Below, piece by piece: positions 46,123-55,250 of a DNA stretch of 64,000 bases. Origin of the DNA: Candidatus Methylacidiphilales bacterium (GTDB lineage: Bacteria; Verrucomicrobiota; Verrucomicrobiia; Methylacidiphilales; CAZTYG01); assembly GCA_033875315.1 (NCBI GenBank), contig JANRJG010000011.1, positions 26,536-90,535 on the forward strand. The letters are read 5' to 3'. The position numbers were made by a program, and so were the translations under genes. The notes beneath the pieces were generated by a model. It was not told the origin of the DNA, did no database searches, and worked only from the letters and a program-made list of their open reading frames with translations. Position 1 is the stretch's first letter. Each line of letters opens with the position of its first letter.

Positions 46123-46515
46123 TCAATCTAACGCTTCCACCCGGGCGCGCAACCGGCCCAGACAGGCTTTCCACAAGGCCGGCGAAAGCGGCACGAACGT
46201 CTTCTCCCCGTCCTCCAAGGTGATCTGTTCGAAGATGTTGCTCGGCTGCTGGATCAGTTCCTCATAGAGCCCGGACATGTGGAAGCCGGAGACATCCGAC
46301 CCAAAATCGGTATTCCCACGGCCCTCCGCCTCTTCCAAAGCACGGTCGATCACCTCGAGCACCTGGCCGGTATCCAGAGACAGGCCCAGCTTTTCCCCCC
46401 CTTCCAAGTAGGTGGCCATCACGTCTTCCACTTTTTCCACCACCCGTTCGATCTGGGCCAGGTTGGGTTCGCCGGGGGATGCGGGCAAATCGGGCGTCAT
46501 ACCGGGATTTTCCAT
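46123..46515 (-). CDS. hypothetical acidic protein
   Basis: 130-aa ORF between the MBL and sufE genes on the same strand. No family recognised. Confidence 0.45.
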   Translation of the reverse strand: MENPGMTPDLPASPGEPNLAQIERVVEKVEDVMATYLEGGEKLGLSLDTGQVLEVIDRALEEAEGRGNTDFGSDVSGFHMSGLYEELIQQPSNIFEQITLEDGEKTFVPLSPALWKACLGRLRARVEALD

Positions 46516-46549
46516 GAAGCCGTTTCTGAGGCAAGGCCGGGTAGGCCGG

Positions 46550-47329
46550 TCATACCTCCACCCTCAGTCCGTCATACGGCAGGCAAACACCTGCGGGCAA
46601 TCCTGCGGAGACCTTGGCATGGTCGACGTGGTGGGTCAGGTGGGTCAGATATGTCTTCCGCGCCCCCAGATCCGCCGCCACGGCTAGTGCTTCATCGATA
46701 CAGAGATGGGTTGGGTGGGGCTCGGGTCGCAATCCATCGATCACCAAAACATCCACCTCACGCGCGATTTTTCGTGCCTCGGCCCCGACTTCTTTGCAAT
46801 CGGTGTAGTAAGCCAAGCGGCGTCCAGAGGATTTTTCCTCGAAGACCAGGCCCAGAACCTCAATGCGCCCGTGGGGCAGGGAGCAGGAACGGACCCATCC
46901 TCCCGGCAGTTCCAACACCTCCGGCATGCGGTGCAGTCGGAACGCGGCATATCCCTTGAACCGGGCTTTCTCCCCCACCGCGTAGGGAAAGATGGCCCGC
47001 ACCCGCTCCTCTCCCTCCTCCGAGGTGTAGACATCCAGCGCATCCCCGCCCCGCTGGTCGCAGAAGCGGCGCAGATCGTCCATCCCCAGCACATGGTCGG
47101 CATGGCCATGGGTGAGAATAAACGTGTCGATACTTCGAATGTCATTCGCCAGGCACTGCGCCCGGAATTCGGGACCGGCATCGATCTGGATGTGGTGGCC
47201 GTCCATGACCACATGCGCACTGGTCCGGGAGCGGTGGTTGCGCGGATCGGACAAGTCGCAGTGGTGGTGGTCGAAGGCGATCATCGGCACACCCTGCGAG
47301 GTGCCCGTGCCCATGAAGATTAGTTCCAC
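46550..47329 (-). CDS. MBL-fold metallo-hydrolase (PhnP-like)
   Basis: GTG start, (M)ELIFMGTGTSQGVP and ILTHGHADH. Confidence 0.8.
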   Translation of the reverse strand: MELIFMGTGTSQGVPMIAFDHHHCDLSDPRNHRSRTSAHVVMDGHHIQIDAGPEFRAQCLANDIRSIDTFILTHGHADHVLGMDDLRRFCDQRGGDALDVYTSEEGEERVRAIFPYAVGEKARFKGYAAFRLHRMPEVLELPGGWVRSCSLPHGRIEVLGLVFEEKSSGRRLAYYTDCKEVGAEARKIAREVDVLVIDGLRPEPHPTHLCIDEALAVAADLGARKTYLTHLTHHVDHAKVSAGLPAGVCLPYDGLRVEV

Positions 47330-47781
47330 CGCGGATCACCCCCGCCTTCCTGCTTGCGCTTCATCTGGAAAAAAGCCTGGAGCAGTTTCACGCAGTCCGC
47401 CTCCATCACGCCCTTGGTCACTTGCACCAGGTGGTTCAAGGTCGGGACTTCATGGACCGAAAGCGCCCCGCCGAGGAATCCCATCTTGGGATCCGGCACT
47501 GCGTAAACCACCCGCCCCAGGCGCGCCATGATGGCCGCCCCGCTGCACATCGGGCAGGGCTCCTTGGTCACGTAAAGCGTGCATTCGTTCAAGCGCCAGT
47601 CCCCCAACTTTTCGGTGGCGGAAGTGATGGCGAGGATTTCCGCGTGGGCCGTGGGGTCCTTGAGGGCTTCCACCCGGTTGTGCGCGGCGGCAACCGCCAA
47701 CTCCCCGTGGGCGATCACCGCCCCGATCGGCACTTCATCTTCGCCCCAGGCCTCCACCGCTTGGTTGTAGGCCAGGGTCAT
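47320..47781 (-). CDS. tadA: tRNA adenosine(34) deaminase
   Basis: HAEILAI ... EPCPMCSGAI. ATG 47781; an upstream non-ATG start is possible. The 3' end overlaps the MBL start by 10 nt. Confidence 0.88.
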   Translation of the reverse strand: MTLAYNQAVEAWGEDEVPIGAVIAHGELAVAAAHNRVEALKDPTAHAEILAITSATEKLGDWRLNECTLYVTKEPCPMCSGAAIMARLGRVVYAVPDPKMGFLGGALSVHEVPTLNHLVQVTKGVMEADCVKLLQAFFQMKRKQEGGGDPRWN

Positions 47782-47843
47782 GAAATACTCATCGTCCCGC
47801 CGCAGTTCGGAAGGATAGCGCTTGGGGAAAGGACAGGGCGTGC

Positions 47844-48149
47844 TCAAGCAATCAGCCCCGCCAGTTTCTTCAGATAATCGTAGCTGAAAAGGCCGGTGTT
47901 GTGGCCATCGCTGAAATGGAACTGCACCGCGTAACCCCCGACCAGATTCCACCCCTTCACGGTCACCCCGGGGAACTTGGCCGTGCCGTCCCCGCCGTAA
48001 CGGTTGCCCAAAAGGTCGGTCTCTCCCATGTTGTCGGCACTGGGGGATTTTTCCCGCAGGAAGGACATGGGGTAGTAATCCTCACTCCCGTCCTGCCAGC
48101 GGATCGCCACTTCCTGGCCGACGAGGGCGATTTGTTCAGGGGCGGTCAC
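47844..48149 (-). CDS. DUF971 domain protein
   Basis: There is no in-frame ATG before the conserved region, so the start is GTG 48149 or TTG 48185. [10 protein letters not shown] and [17 protein letters not shown] match bacterial DUF971. Confidence 0.6.
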   Translation of the reverse strand: MTAPEQIALVGQEVAIRWQDGSEDYYPMSFLREKSPSADNMGETDLLGNRYGGDGTAKFPGVTVKGWNLVGGYAVQFHFSDGHNTGLFSYDYLKKLAGLIA

Positions 48150-48233
48150 GGGTTTGATCGTTTCAAGGATTGCGCTACCATTCAAACAGGAAATGAAACG
48201 GAAATAATTCTCCCGTCCACACCTCCCACCCCC

Positions 48234-48770
48234 ATGAATCGATCGTCCTTCTTCCTGACCCCGCTCCTCGCCCTGGCCTGCACCTTCAGCGCCTGCGGCA
48301 ATGCTTCCACTTCCAACTCCACCCACACCCCCAAACCCCCCATGAGCCTCGACGAACTGAAAAAGAAACTGACCCCCGAACAATTCCGCATCGCTTACCA
48401 GGACGGCACGGAACCTCCGTTCCGCAACGCCTACCACGACAACAAGAAGCCGGGCCTCTACGTGGACATCGTCACGGGCAAGCCCCTATTCAGTTCGAAG
48501 GACAAGTTCGACTCCGGAACCGGTTGGCCCAGTTTCACCAAGCCCATCGACGCCAAGGAAGTCACGGAACACAGCGACACACAATTCGGCATGGTCCGCA
48601 CCGAAGTCCGGTCATCCAGCAGCGATGCCCATCTGGGCCACGTCTTCCCCGACGGTCCGGCCCCCACCGGGCAGCGGTATTGCATGAATTCCGCCGTGCT
48701 CAAGTTCATCCCGGTGGAAGATCTGGAGAAAGAAGGCTACGGCGAATACAAAAAGCTCTTCCTACCCTGA
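48234..48770 (+). CDS. msrB: peptide-methionine (R)-S-oxide reductase, lipoprotein-type signal
   Basis: ATG 48234. [12 protein letters not shown] lipobox-like signal. Motifs [16 protein letters not shown] and RYCMNS. Confidence 0.9.
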   Translation: MNRSSFFLTPLLALACTFSACGNASTSNSTHTPKPPMSLDELKKKLTPEQFRIAYQDGTEPPFRNAYHDNKKPGLYVDIVTGKPLFSSKDKFDSGTGWPSFTKPIDAKEVTEHSDTQFGMVRTEVRSSSSDAHLGHVFPDGPAPTGQRYCMNSAVLKFIPVEDLEKEGYGEYKKLFLP

Positions 48771-48786
48771 TAGCCTCCGTCCCTGT

Positions 48787-48814
48787 CCCCTACCGTTTCA
48801 ATAGGGGGTTTTGT
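48787..48814 (+). terminator. intrinsic terminator-like hairpin after msrB
   Basis: CCCCTA-ccgtttcaa-TAGGGG followed by GTTTTGT. It overlaps the stop codon of the convergent deaminase gene. Confidence 0.5.
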
Positions 48815-49289
48815 CCGCTTTGCCCGCCCACTCCCGGAAGACCCCGCGCGCTTCCGGACTGGGCCGGCAAACGGCACACAGTTTTCTTTTGCGCGGCGGA
48901 CGGTCCAGCTCGTCATAGATGAACTGGTCGGCAAAGCCGATTTTCGCCGCCTCCCGGGCGGTGTTGGCATAAACCACCCGGCGGATACCTGACCAATAAA
49001 TCGCAGACAAACACATCGGGCAGGGCTGGCAACTGGCGTAAATCACGCAGTCGGACAAATCGAAACGCTTCAACCGCTTCGCGGCCGCACGGATGGCCTC
49101 GACCTCGGCATGGGCCGTGGGGTCGTGGGATTTCAACACCCGGTTCCACCCCCGTCCCACCACCCGGCCCCCGCAGACCACCACGGAACCGAACGGCCCG
49201 CCTTCGTTGGCCCTCATCCCCTTGCGCGAAAGCCGGATGGCCTGATCCAGAAACACCGCATCCCGGGCTTCAGACCGCGATGTCTTCAT
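48798..49289 (-). CDS. CDA-fold deaminase, small guanine-deaminase (GuaD)-like
   Basis: 163 aa with HAEVEAI ... QPCPMCLSAI. Confidence 0.75.
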   Translation of the reverse strand: MKTSRSEARDAVFLDQAIRLSRKGMRANEGGPFGSVVVCGGRVVGRGWNRVLKSHDPTAHAEVEAIRAAAKRLKRFDLSDCVIYASCQPCPMCLSAIYWSGIRRVVYANTAREAAKIGFADQFIYDELDRPPRKRKLCAVCRPSPEARGVFREWAGKADKTPY

Positions 49290-49710
49290 TCCAAAGCTCC
49301 GGCTTTTCTTGGATGAATTCGCGCATCAAGCGGATGCATTCCTCATCCTGCACCACCTCGATCTCCATCCCATGGGCGCGGTTTTCTTCCTCCGGCCCAC
49401 GGAAGGTGATGTTTTCCCCCACCAACACGCGGGGGATTTTGAACAGCCGGGCCGCCCCACTGCACAACGGACAGGGCGAAAGGGTGGAAACCAGCAGGCA
49501 CTCGCGGTAAACCGCCGCCGGCTGCCGCCCGGCATTTTGCAGACAATGGATCTCGGCATGCAATATGGGGTCCCCCTGCTGCACCCTCTGGTTGTGCCCA
49601 CGTCCGATGATTTTGTCGCGATACACCAAGACCGATCCGATGGGAATCCCGCCGGCATCCCGCCCTTTCTTCGCTTCCTCAATCGCTGCCTGTAAAAATA
49701 GGTGCTTCAT
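49270..49710 (-). CDS. CDA-fold deaminase, Fcy1-type cytosine/nucleoside deaminase-like
   Basis: ATG 49710, 146 aa, LHAEIHCL ... SPCPLCSGAA. The 3' end overlaps the next deaminase start by 20 nt. Confidence 0.7.
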   Translation of the reverse strand: MKHLFLQAAIEEAKKGRDAGGIPIGSVLVYRDKIIGRGHNQRVQQGDPILHAEIHCLQNAGRQPAAVYRECLLVSTLSPCPLCSGAARLFKIPRVLVGENITFRGPEEENRAHGMEIEVVQDEECIRLMREFIQEKPELWNEDIAV

Positions 49711-49729
49711 AAATCCAATCCTGTTCTTC

Positions 49730-49966
49730 TTACTTCCTCGGAGGCACGGGGTCAAAGCCCTGGCCCCCCCAAGGATGGCAGCGGCACATCCGTTTTACGG
49801 TCAGCGCTGAACCCCGCCAGGCCCCATGGACCTCCAGCGCCTCGACCGCGTAACGCGAGCAGGTCGGGGTGAAACGGCAACCCGTCACCGCACCACCGAA
49901 CAGGGTATACACCGGCGCGGAAAGCAGCTGGTAGGTCCGGATCAGACCGATTAAAAGTTGTTTCAC
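49730..49966 (-). CDS. yidD: membrane protein insertion efficiency factor YidD
   Basis: [35 protein letters not shown]. Start GTG 49966 or ATG 50038. Confidence 0.8.
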   Translation of the reverse strand: MKQLLIGLIRTYQLLSAPVYTLFGGAVTGCRFTPTCSRYAVEALEVHGAWRGSALTVKRMCRCHPWGGQGFDPVPPRK

Positions 49967-50132
49967 GCCAGTTTTCCAGGATGCAGACCTCGGGTAGATT
50001 AACCTGCCCGGCTTAAAATCCCAAGTTTCAAATCCCAAGAAGACGATCTTCTCTCCAGCGCCCGCCCACCGCAGCCTTGGCGAAGGTGGGTTTCCTTCTG
50101 TTCAATCGGTTCCATTCGGTTAAATCCCTTGC

Positions 50133-50909
50133 ATGCAGACCATCGACGAACTCAAGGCCATCGTGGCCCGCCTGCGCGGCCCCGGCGGTTGCCCCTGGGA
50201 CCAGGAACAAACCCACCAGTCCATCCGTTCCCAGTTGCTGGAAGAATGCTACGAAGTCCTCGAGGCCATCGACGAGGGCAACGACTCCCTCTTGGAAGAG
50301 GAACTGGGCGACGTCCTCCTGCACATTGTTTTTCACGCCCAATTGGCGGAGGAGGAAGGGAAGTTCAGCCTTGATGACGTGGCCCGCGGCATCAACGAAA
50401 AACTCATCCGCCGCCACCCCCACGTCTTCGGGGAGGGGGGCAAACTCGGCAGCGCGGCCGAGGTGCTGCAAAAGTGGGACGAATTGAAAAAGGTGGAAAA
50501 GCCCGAGCGCACCGGTGCCCTCCATGGGATTCCTCCGATCCTCCCCGCCCTCATGCTGGCCCAGGAAACCCAGAAGAAAGCCGCCAAGGCCGGCTTTGAT
50601 TGGAAGGAAGTCCGCCCGGTGCTGGACAAACTCAAGGAAGAGATCGCCGAACTGGAAAAAGACCTGGAACATCCGCAGCGGGCGGCGGACGAACTCGGGG
50701 ACGTGTTTTTTTCCCTGGTCAACCTGGCCCGCCACTTGAAGGTCGATGCGGAACAATCCTGCCGGGATGCCACCCGGAAGTTCACCCGGCGCTTCGAACA
50801 CGCAGAAGCCGAAGCGGCCCGTCAGGGCCGCGCACTCAAGGACAGAAGTCCGGAGGAACTCGACCGCCTATGGGAGACCGCCAAGGAAGCGGCCCAAAAG
50901 GCTACTTGA
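50133..50909 (+). CDS. mazG: nucleoside triphosphate pyrophosphohydrolase MazG
   Basis: 258 aa with two MazG repeats: EECYEVLEAI / EELGDVLLHIVFHA and EEIAELEKD / DELGDVFFSLVNLA. Confidence 0.88.
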   Translation: MQTIDELKAIVARLRGPGGCPWDQEQTHQSIRSQLLEECYEVLEAIDEGNDSLLEEELGDVLLHIVFHAQLAEEEGKFSLDDVARGINEKLIRRHPHVFGEGGKLGSAAEVLQKWDELKKVEKPERTGALHGIPPILPALMLAQETQKKAAKAGFDWKEVRPVLDKLKEEIAELEKDLEHPQRAADELGDVFFSLVNLARHLKVDAEQSCRDATRKFTRRFEHAEAEAARQGRALKDRSPEELDRLWETAKEAAQKAT

Positions 50910-51267
50910 TCAGATTGAAGTTGATCGGGTAGCGGAATTCCACGCCATTGTTGGCTTGGATTCCGGCGTAGACGGAAAGACCGATGGCGGCCAGCCAGGC
51001 CAATCCAATGAGCGGGAAAAGCAACATCCCAATAACGACGATCGTCAGGATGAAGGCCACCACCAGGGCGGCGAAGAGGATCAACGTCGCGGTGATCTGG
51101 AAGTTGAGAGCGTCTTTCCCGTGTTTTTCCACACTGGGAATCTCGGCTTTCTTGATCTGCCAGACCAACAGCGGCCCGATGATGTTGCCAAAGGGGATCA
51201 TCAGGCCCGCCAGGGCGGAAAGGTGGGCCAGCATGTTCCAAGTTTTGACTTCAGATTCGTTGGCCAT
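50902..51267 (-). CDS. DUF4870 membrane protein
   Basis: ATG 51267. WNMLAHLSALAGLMIPFGNIIGPLLVW and HGKDALNFQIT pattern. Three TM helices. Confidence 0.65.
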   Translation of the reverse strand: MANESEVKTWNMLAHLSALAGLMIPFGNIIGPLLVWQIKKAEIPSVEKHGKDALNFQITATLILFAALVVAFILTIVVIGMLLFPLIGLAWLAAIGLSVYAGIQANNGVEFRYPINFNLIK

Positions 51268-51305
51268 GGTTTTTATCCCTTCCGGTGGGGCTGCTATGCG
51301 TTGAT

Positions 51306-51551
51306 TTAGAACCAACCCTTTTTCGCCGTCACGTAGGTGGCCACGAATTCCTCGTCGGTTTTGGTCAGGTAAATGATGCCTTCAATCAGCCCAATGATGC
51401 TGCTGATCGAACCGCAGGTCACAATCGAGAGGCCAAGCATGATCAGCCCCTCGGTGGTGTAGCCCAGAATAAATTTGTGAATTCCGAATGCTCCGAGAAG
51501 GATGCCACAAATGCCCGCGGGAAGTTTTTTGTCTGCTCCTGGAATCGCCAT
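51306..51551 (-). CDS. TM2 domain membrane protein
   Basis: 81 aa. GICGILLGAFGIHKFILGYTTEGLIMLGL is typical of the TM2 domain. Confidence 0.65.
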   Translation of the reverse strand: MAIPGADKKLPAGICGILLGAFGIHKFILGYTTEGLIMLGLSIVTCGSISSIIGLIEGIIYLTKTDEEFVATYVTAKKGWF

Positions 51552-51640
51552 ATAATGCCTCCTAGTTGGTGGGCCTAGGCTTAAAGTTTCCGCATAGACA
51601 AGGCAAGCTTAATGCTCAACAAATCCTGTTCAACCATGTC

Positions 51641-53125
51641 ATGAAGCCGCCACACATCCGCGCCACTTTCCCATCCATGCCGCGTTTCTTTCTCATCCTG
51701 CCCTTGCTCCTGGCCCTGGCGGCCGGTTGCGGGAGCCACTCCTCCTCTCCCGAACTCATCATTCTGCAAACCGGACGCATCTTCGGAAATGTCTACCCGC
51801 TCGATACCAAGTCGATCGCCCCTCTCCAACACTATCCCTATCTGGCCGGTTATGTGAAAAAAATACGCCAAGAGGCTGCCGCCTCCGGTGCCCAGGTCCT
51901 CCTCATCGATTCCGGTGACAGCCTCGGGGGCTCCTTCGCCAGCCACGCCACCCATGGTGCCAATATGGTCCGTTTCTTCAACCAACTGGGATATGATGCG
52001 GTTCTGCTCGGCAACCTCGATGCCAGCGTCGACCCCGCCATCCTGGCCCAGCTCCGTATGCCGGTCCTCGTCCCTTTCCAGAAAGAGGACGGCACCAGCC
52101 CCCTCCCGAACACCAGTGCCGCCCTCTCACTCCCCAAGGGCCCCCTCACCGTCCGCCTGATGGCCAATTTCTACGGTGACACCGCTTCCTCGGAATTCCC
52201 CCACCGCTTTCCCGTCTGGTTCGGTGCCGTCCCCCGGGGCATCCAACCCGTCCGCGATTATGAAGCCTTTTTGAATGCTCCCCTGCCCGCCGGCTCCATC
52301 CCGGTCACCCTTTTCCACTGGATGAAATTTGAACCCAGCGCCATCCCACCGTCGTTCGTGGAAAAGCTCAAAACGGACGGCGTCGACGCCATCCTCGCGC
52401 ACCGCATCTACAACTCCGGTGTCCGCGACACCTGGGAGCGACAGACGCTCGACCAGTGGCCCGTGCCGGTGTCCGAAAACATCCTCCGGCAAAATGGTGG
52501 GTTCACCATCGCCCGCCTCGACCTGGCCCGCAAGGGCGGCAAGTGGGCCCCCGTCGCGCCCTCCACTCTGGTGCAAATGAATGCCAACACCGCCCCGGCC
52601 GACCCGGACATCATCCGGGAAATCAACCTATTGGCGCCCACCATCAAATCGGCCGACGAAACCCTCGCCACCTTGGACAAAACCCTCCTCGAGGACCAAA
52701 TCCTCCCCGCCTACATGAAGATGCTGGCCGCCCGATTCAAGGCCGACACCGTCCTTTTCTCCACCGGGGCCATCCGCAGTGAACTGCCTTCCGGCCCCCT
52801 CACCGCCAACCGCCTTTACGCCTCCCTACCTTGGAACAATCCCCTCGTCTTCGTCCGGCTCGACGCCACCCAGGCGGCCCAAGCCGCCACCATGAGCGGC
52901 CACGCCGTCCTCCGTAAATCTGGCGCCGGGGCCCCCACCCGTCTCCTCACCTCGCTCTTCTTCGCCCGCCTGCTCCAGGACCAGTTCCACCTGCCGGATC
53001 AGGCCCTGGAAATCATCCCCGGCTCGAACGAATTTGAAAACGCCAAGGCCATGGTCAAAGCATCGCCGTCGTCCCTGGCCGACGCGTCCATCCCGGAGGG
53101 CTGGTCCTATGCCACCGCGCCTTGA
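51641..53125 (+). CDS. 5'-nucleotidase/metallophosphoesterase-like lipoprotein with degenerate metal motifs
   Basis: ATG 51641 (or 51677). Lipobox LLALAAGCGS. ILQTGRIFGN, DSGDSLGG and LLGNLD occupy the positions of the ILHTNDxHG, GD and GNHE motifs. Confidence 0.6.
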   Translation: MKPPHIRATFPSMPRFFLILPLLLALAAGCGSHSSSPELIILQTGRIFGNVYPLDTKSIAPLQHYPYLAGYVKKIRQEAAASGAQVLLIDSGDSLGGSFASHATHGANMVRFFNQLGYDAVLLGNLDASVDPAILAQLRMPVLVPFQKEDGTSPLPNTSAALSLPKGPLTVRLMANFYGDTASSEFPHRFPVWFGAVPRGIQPVRDYEAFLNAPLPAGSIPVTLFHWMKFEPSAIPPSFVEKLKTDGVDAILAHRIYNSGVRDTWERQTLDQWPVPVSENILRQNGGFTIARLDLARKGGKWAPVAPSTLVQMNANTAPADPDIIREINLLAPTIKSADETLATLDKTLLEDQILPAYMKMLAARFKADTVLFSTGAIRSELPSGPLTANRLYASLPWNNPLVFVRLDATQAAQAATMSGHAVLRKSGAGAPTRLLTSLFFARLLQDQFHLPDQALEIIPGSNEFENAKAMVKASPSSLADASIPEGWSYATAP

Positions 53126-53825
53126 TGACTCCAGACAGGCCCGCCTCCGCCAAGCTGGCATCTCGCGCAACGAGATCATCGCCGCCTTCGCCGTCTTCTT
53201 CATCGTGGTGGCCGTGACCGTGCCCTACCTCCAACACCGTGCCCGCGCCGCCAACCGCACCGCCGCCCTCCAGAACCTCCGCCAGTGGGGCATCGCCCTC
53301 AACCTCTATCTGGTCGAAAACGACAACACCCTTCCCGCGGTCGGCACAGGGCCGGCCGATCCCGCCGCCTGGCAGAACACGCTTCCGGTCTACCTTTCCC
53401 TCAAACCCCTTGCCGGTCAGTCGACCCAAGCCATCCTCGATGCCGGCATCTGGACCGACCCGTCCGTCCCGGTCAAGCCCTCCGGCCCGCCCGAATCCGC
53501 CGTCACCTACGGCATCAACGCCTGGCTCCAGCCCGACCCCGCCTCCCCCCCCTACCGCATCTACGAGGTCGAGGACCCCACCGCCACCTTCTTCCTGGTT
53601 TCCGCCCCACCGGGCCACCTGAGTGTCCTTCCCGGTGGAATGGCCTACCGCCACGGAGGCAAATCCGGCAGTCCCCAGGCCCGCGGCCAGGCCCTCTTCT
53701 GCGACGGCCACGTTGAAGAAGTCGACCCCGCCTCCGGCAACCGTCCCGAGGCCGCCAAGCCCGACGCCAATCCACCCGCCCGCCCGACCTGGATACCCCT
53801 CTTCAACGCCCGCCCGCCCCAGTAG
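53109..53825 (+). CDS. type IV pilin-like (prepilin-type N-terminus) protein, atypical
   Basis: ATG 53109, overlapping the upstream gene by 17 nt. RQAG/ISRNEIIAAFAVFFIVVAVTV keeps Gly(-1) and Glu(+5). AANRTAALQNLRQWGIALNLY and a C-terminal YRHGG...LFCDGHVEEV. Confidence 0.6.
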   Translation: MPPRLDDSRQARLRQAGISRNEIIAAFAVFFIVVAVTVPYLQHRARAANRTAALQNLRQWGIALNLYLVENDNTLPAVGTGPADPAAWQNTLPVYLSLKPLAGQSTQAILDAGIWTDPSVPVKPSGPPESAVTYGINAWLQPDPASPPYRIYEVEDPTATFFLVSAPPGHLSVLPGGMAYRHGGKSGSPQARGQALFCDGHVEEVDPASGNRPEAAKPDANPPARPTWIPLFNARPPQ

Positions 53826-53874
53826 CGGTCATTAGGGCTGGACCTGATCGGAGGGCAAATTATGCTCGCCTCCC

Positions 53875-55197
53875 ATGTCCGATTCCGCCAGCCACGCTTC
53901 TTTCCGGGTCACCGGCCGTTCCCCACTCCGTGGCACGATACGCCCGCAAGGCAACAAGAATGAAGCCATGCCCCTTCTGGCCGCCTGCTGCCTGACCGAC
54001 GAACCCGTCACCCTGGAAAACCTGCCCCCCATTGAGGACGTCCATATCCTCCTCGATATCCTCCGCGCCCTCGGCGTCCAGATCCGGACCGAAGAACATG
54101 AACAGGACGACACGGTCACCGTCCACGCCGCCAAAAAACCCGGCCACGATCTGCCCCCCGCCCTATCCAGTCGGCTACGCGGTTCGGTCACACTCGCCGG
54201 CCCCCTCCTGGCCCGCTGCGGCTCGGTCTTCCTCCCACAACCCGGTGGTGATAAAATCGGGCGGCGGCGCCTCGATACCCACATCCTCGCCCTTGAAGCC
54301 CTGGGGGCGAAAATCAAAGCCCACAAAAACGGATTTGAAATCCGTGCCCGCAAACTCACCGGCGCCGACATCCTCCTCGACGAGACCTCCGTCACCGCCA
54401 CGGAAAATGCCGTCTGCGCCGCGGTCCTGGCCGAGGGCGAAACCATCCTCCGCAACGCCGCCAGCGAGCCCCATGTCCAGGGCCTTTGCAACCTGCTGGT
54501 CCGGATGGGGGCCAAAATCGACGGCATCGGCTCCAATATTCTCCAGATCAAAGGGGTGAAAAAACTCCACGGCGCCAAGCACCGCATCGGTCCGGATTAT
54601 CTCGAAGTCGGCAGCTTCATCGCCCTGGCCGCCGTCACCCGCGGGGAAATCCTCATCCAGGACGCCGACCTCCCCAACCTGCGCATGATCCGCCTCATGT
54701 TCTCCCGCCTTGGAATCGAATGCATCGACCAGGGCCGCGATCTCCTCGTCCCGGCCAAACAAAAGATGCGCGTCGTCACCGACCTGGGGGGGGCCACCCC
54801 GCGCATTGAGGACGCCCCCTGGCCCGGCTTCCCCGCCGACATGACCTCGGTCGCCCTCGTCACCGCCACCCAGTGCCGCGGCACCATGCTCATCCACGAG
54901 AAGATGTTCGAATCCCGCCTCTATTTCACCGACGGCCTCATCGGCATGGGCGCGCGCATCGTCCTCTGCGATCCCCACCGCGCCGTCGTCATCGGCCCCG
55001 AGCGTCTCCGCGGTTCCAAACTCGTCAGTCCCGACATCCGCGCCGGCATGGCCATGCTCATCGCCGCCTTGTGCGCAGAGGGAGAGTCCGAAATCCACAA
55101 CATCGGCCAGATCGACCGTGGCTTTTCCCACATCGACACCCGTCTGCGCAGCCTCGGGGCCCGCATCGAACGGGTGGTTCCCCATTTAGTCGATTAA
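53875..55197 (+). CDS. murA: UDP-N-acetylglucosamine 1-carboxyvinyltransferase (Asp at the Cys115-equivalent position)
   Basis: 440 aa with [27 protein letters not shown]. The active-site loop [17 protein letters not shown] corresponds to E. coli LPGGCTIGARPVDLH. Confidence 0.93.
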   Translation: MSDSASHASFRVTGRSPLRGTIRPQGNKNEAMPLLAACCLTDEPVTLENLPPIEDVHILLDILRALGVQIRTEEHEQDDTVTVHAAKKPGHDLPPALSSRLRGSVTLAGPLLARCGSVFLPQPGGDKIGRRRLDTHILALEALGAKIKAHKNGFEIRARKLTGADILLDETSVTATENAVCAAVLAEGETILRNAASEPHVQGLCNLLVRMGAKIDGIGSNILQIKGVKKLHGAKHRIGPDYLEVGSFIALAAVTRGEILIQDADLPNLRMIRLMFSRLGIECIDQGRDLLVPAKQKMRVVTDLGGATPRIEDAPWPGFPADMTSVALVTATQCRGTMLIHEKMFESRLYFTDGLIGMGARIVLCDPHRAVVIGPERLRGSKLVSPDIRAGMAMLIAALCAEGESEIHNIGQIDRGFSHIDTRLRSLGARIERVVPHLVD

Positions 55198-55250
55198 GCA
55201 ACGCGTCTCGGGCCTCGGCGGACCCGCTTCACCCTCCGCTCCACCACACT

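Noticed and set aside
47844-48185. SPSAD in the DUF971 protein where GBBH-type N-terminal domains have a CxCxxC zinc motif.
   Set aside because: As far as I recall, the bacterial stand-alone DUF971 subfamily commonly has ...LRxxSPSAE... at this position, so this is the family norm rather than a loss of function.
54906-54915. GTTCGAATCC, a tRNA T-loop-like string.
   Set aside because: It lies in frame inside murA (KMFESRLYF) and no acceptor or anticodon stems can be drawn around it. I found no tRNA anywhere in the window.
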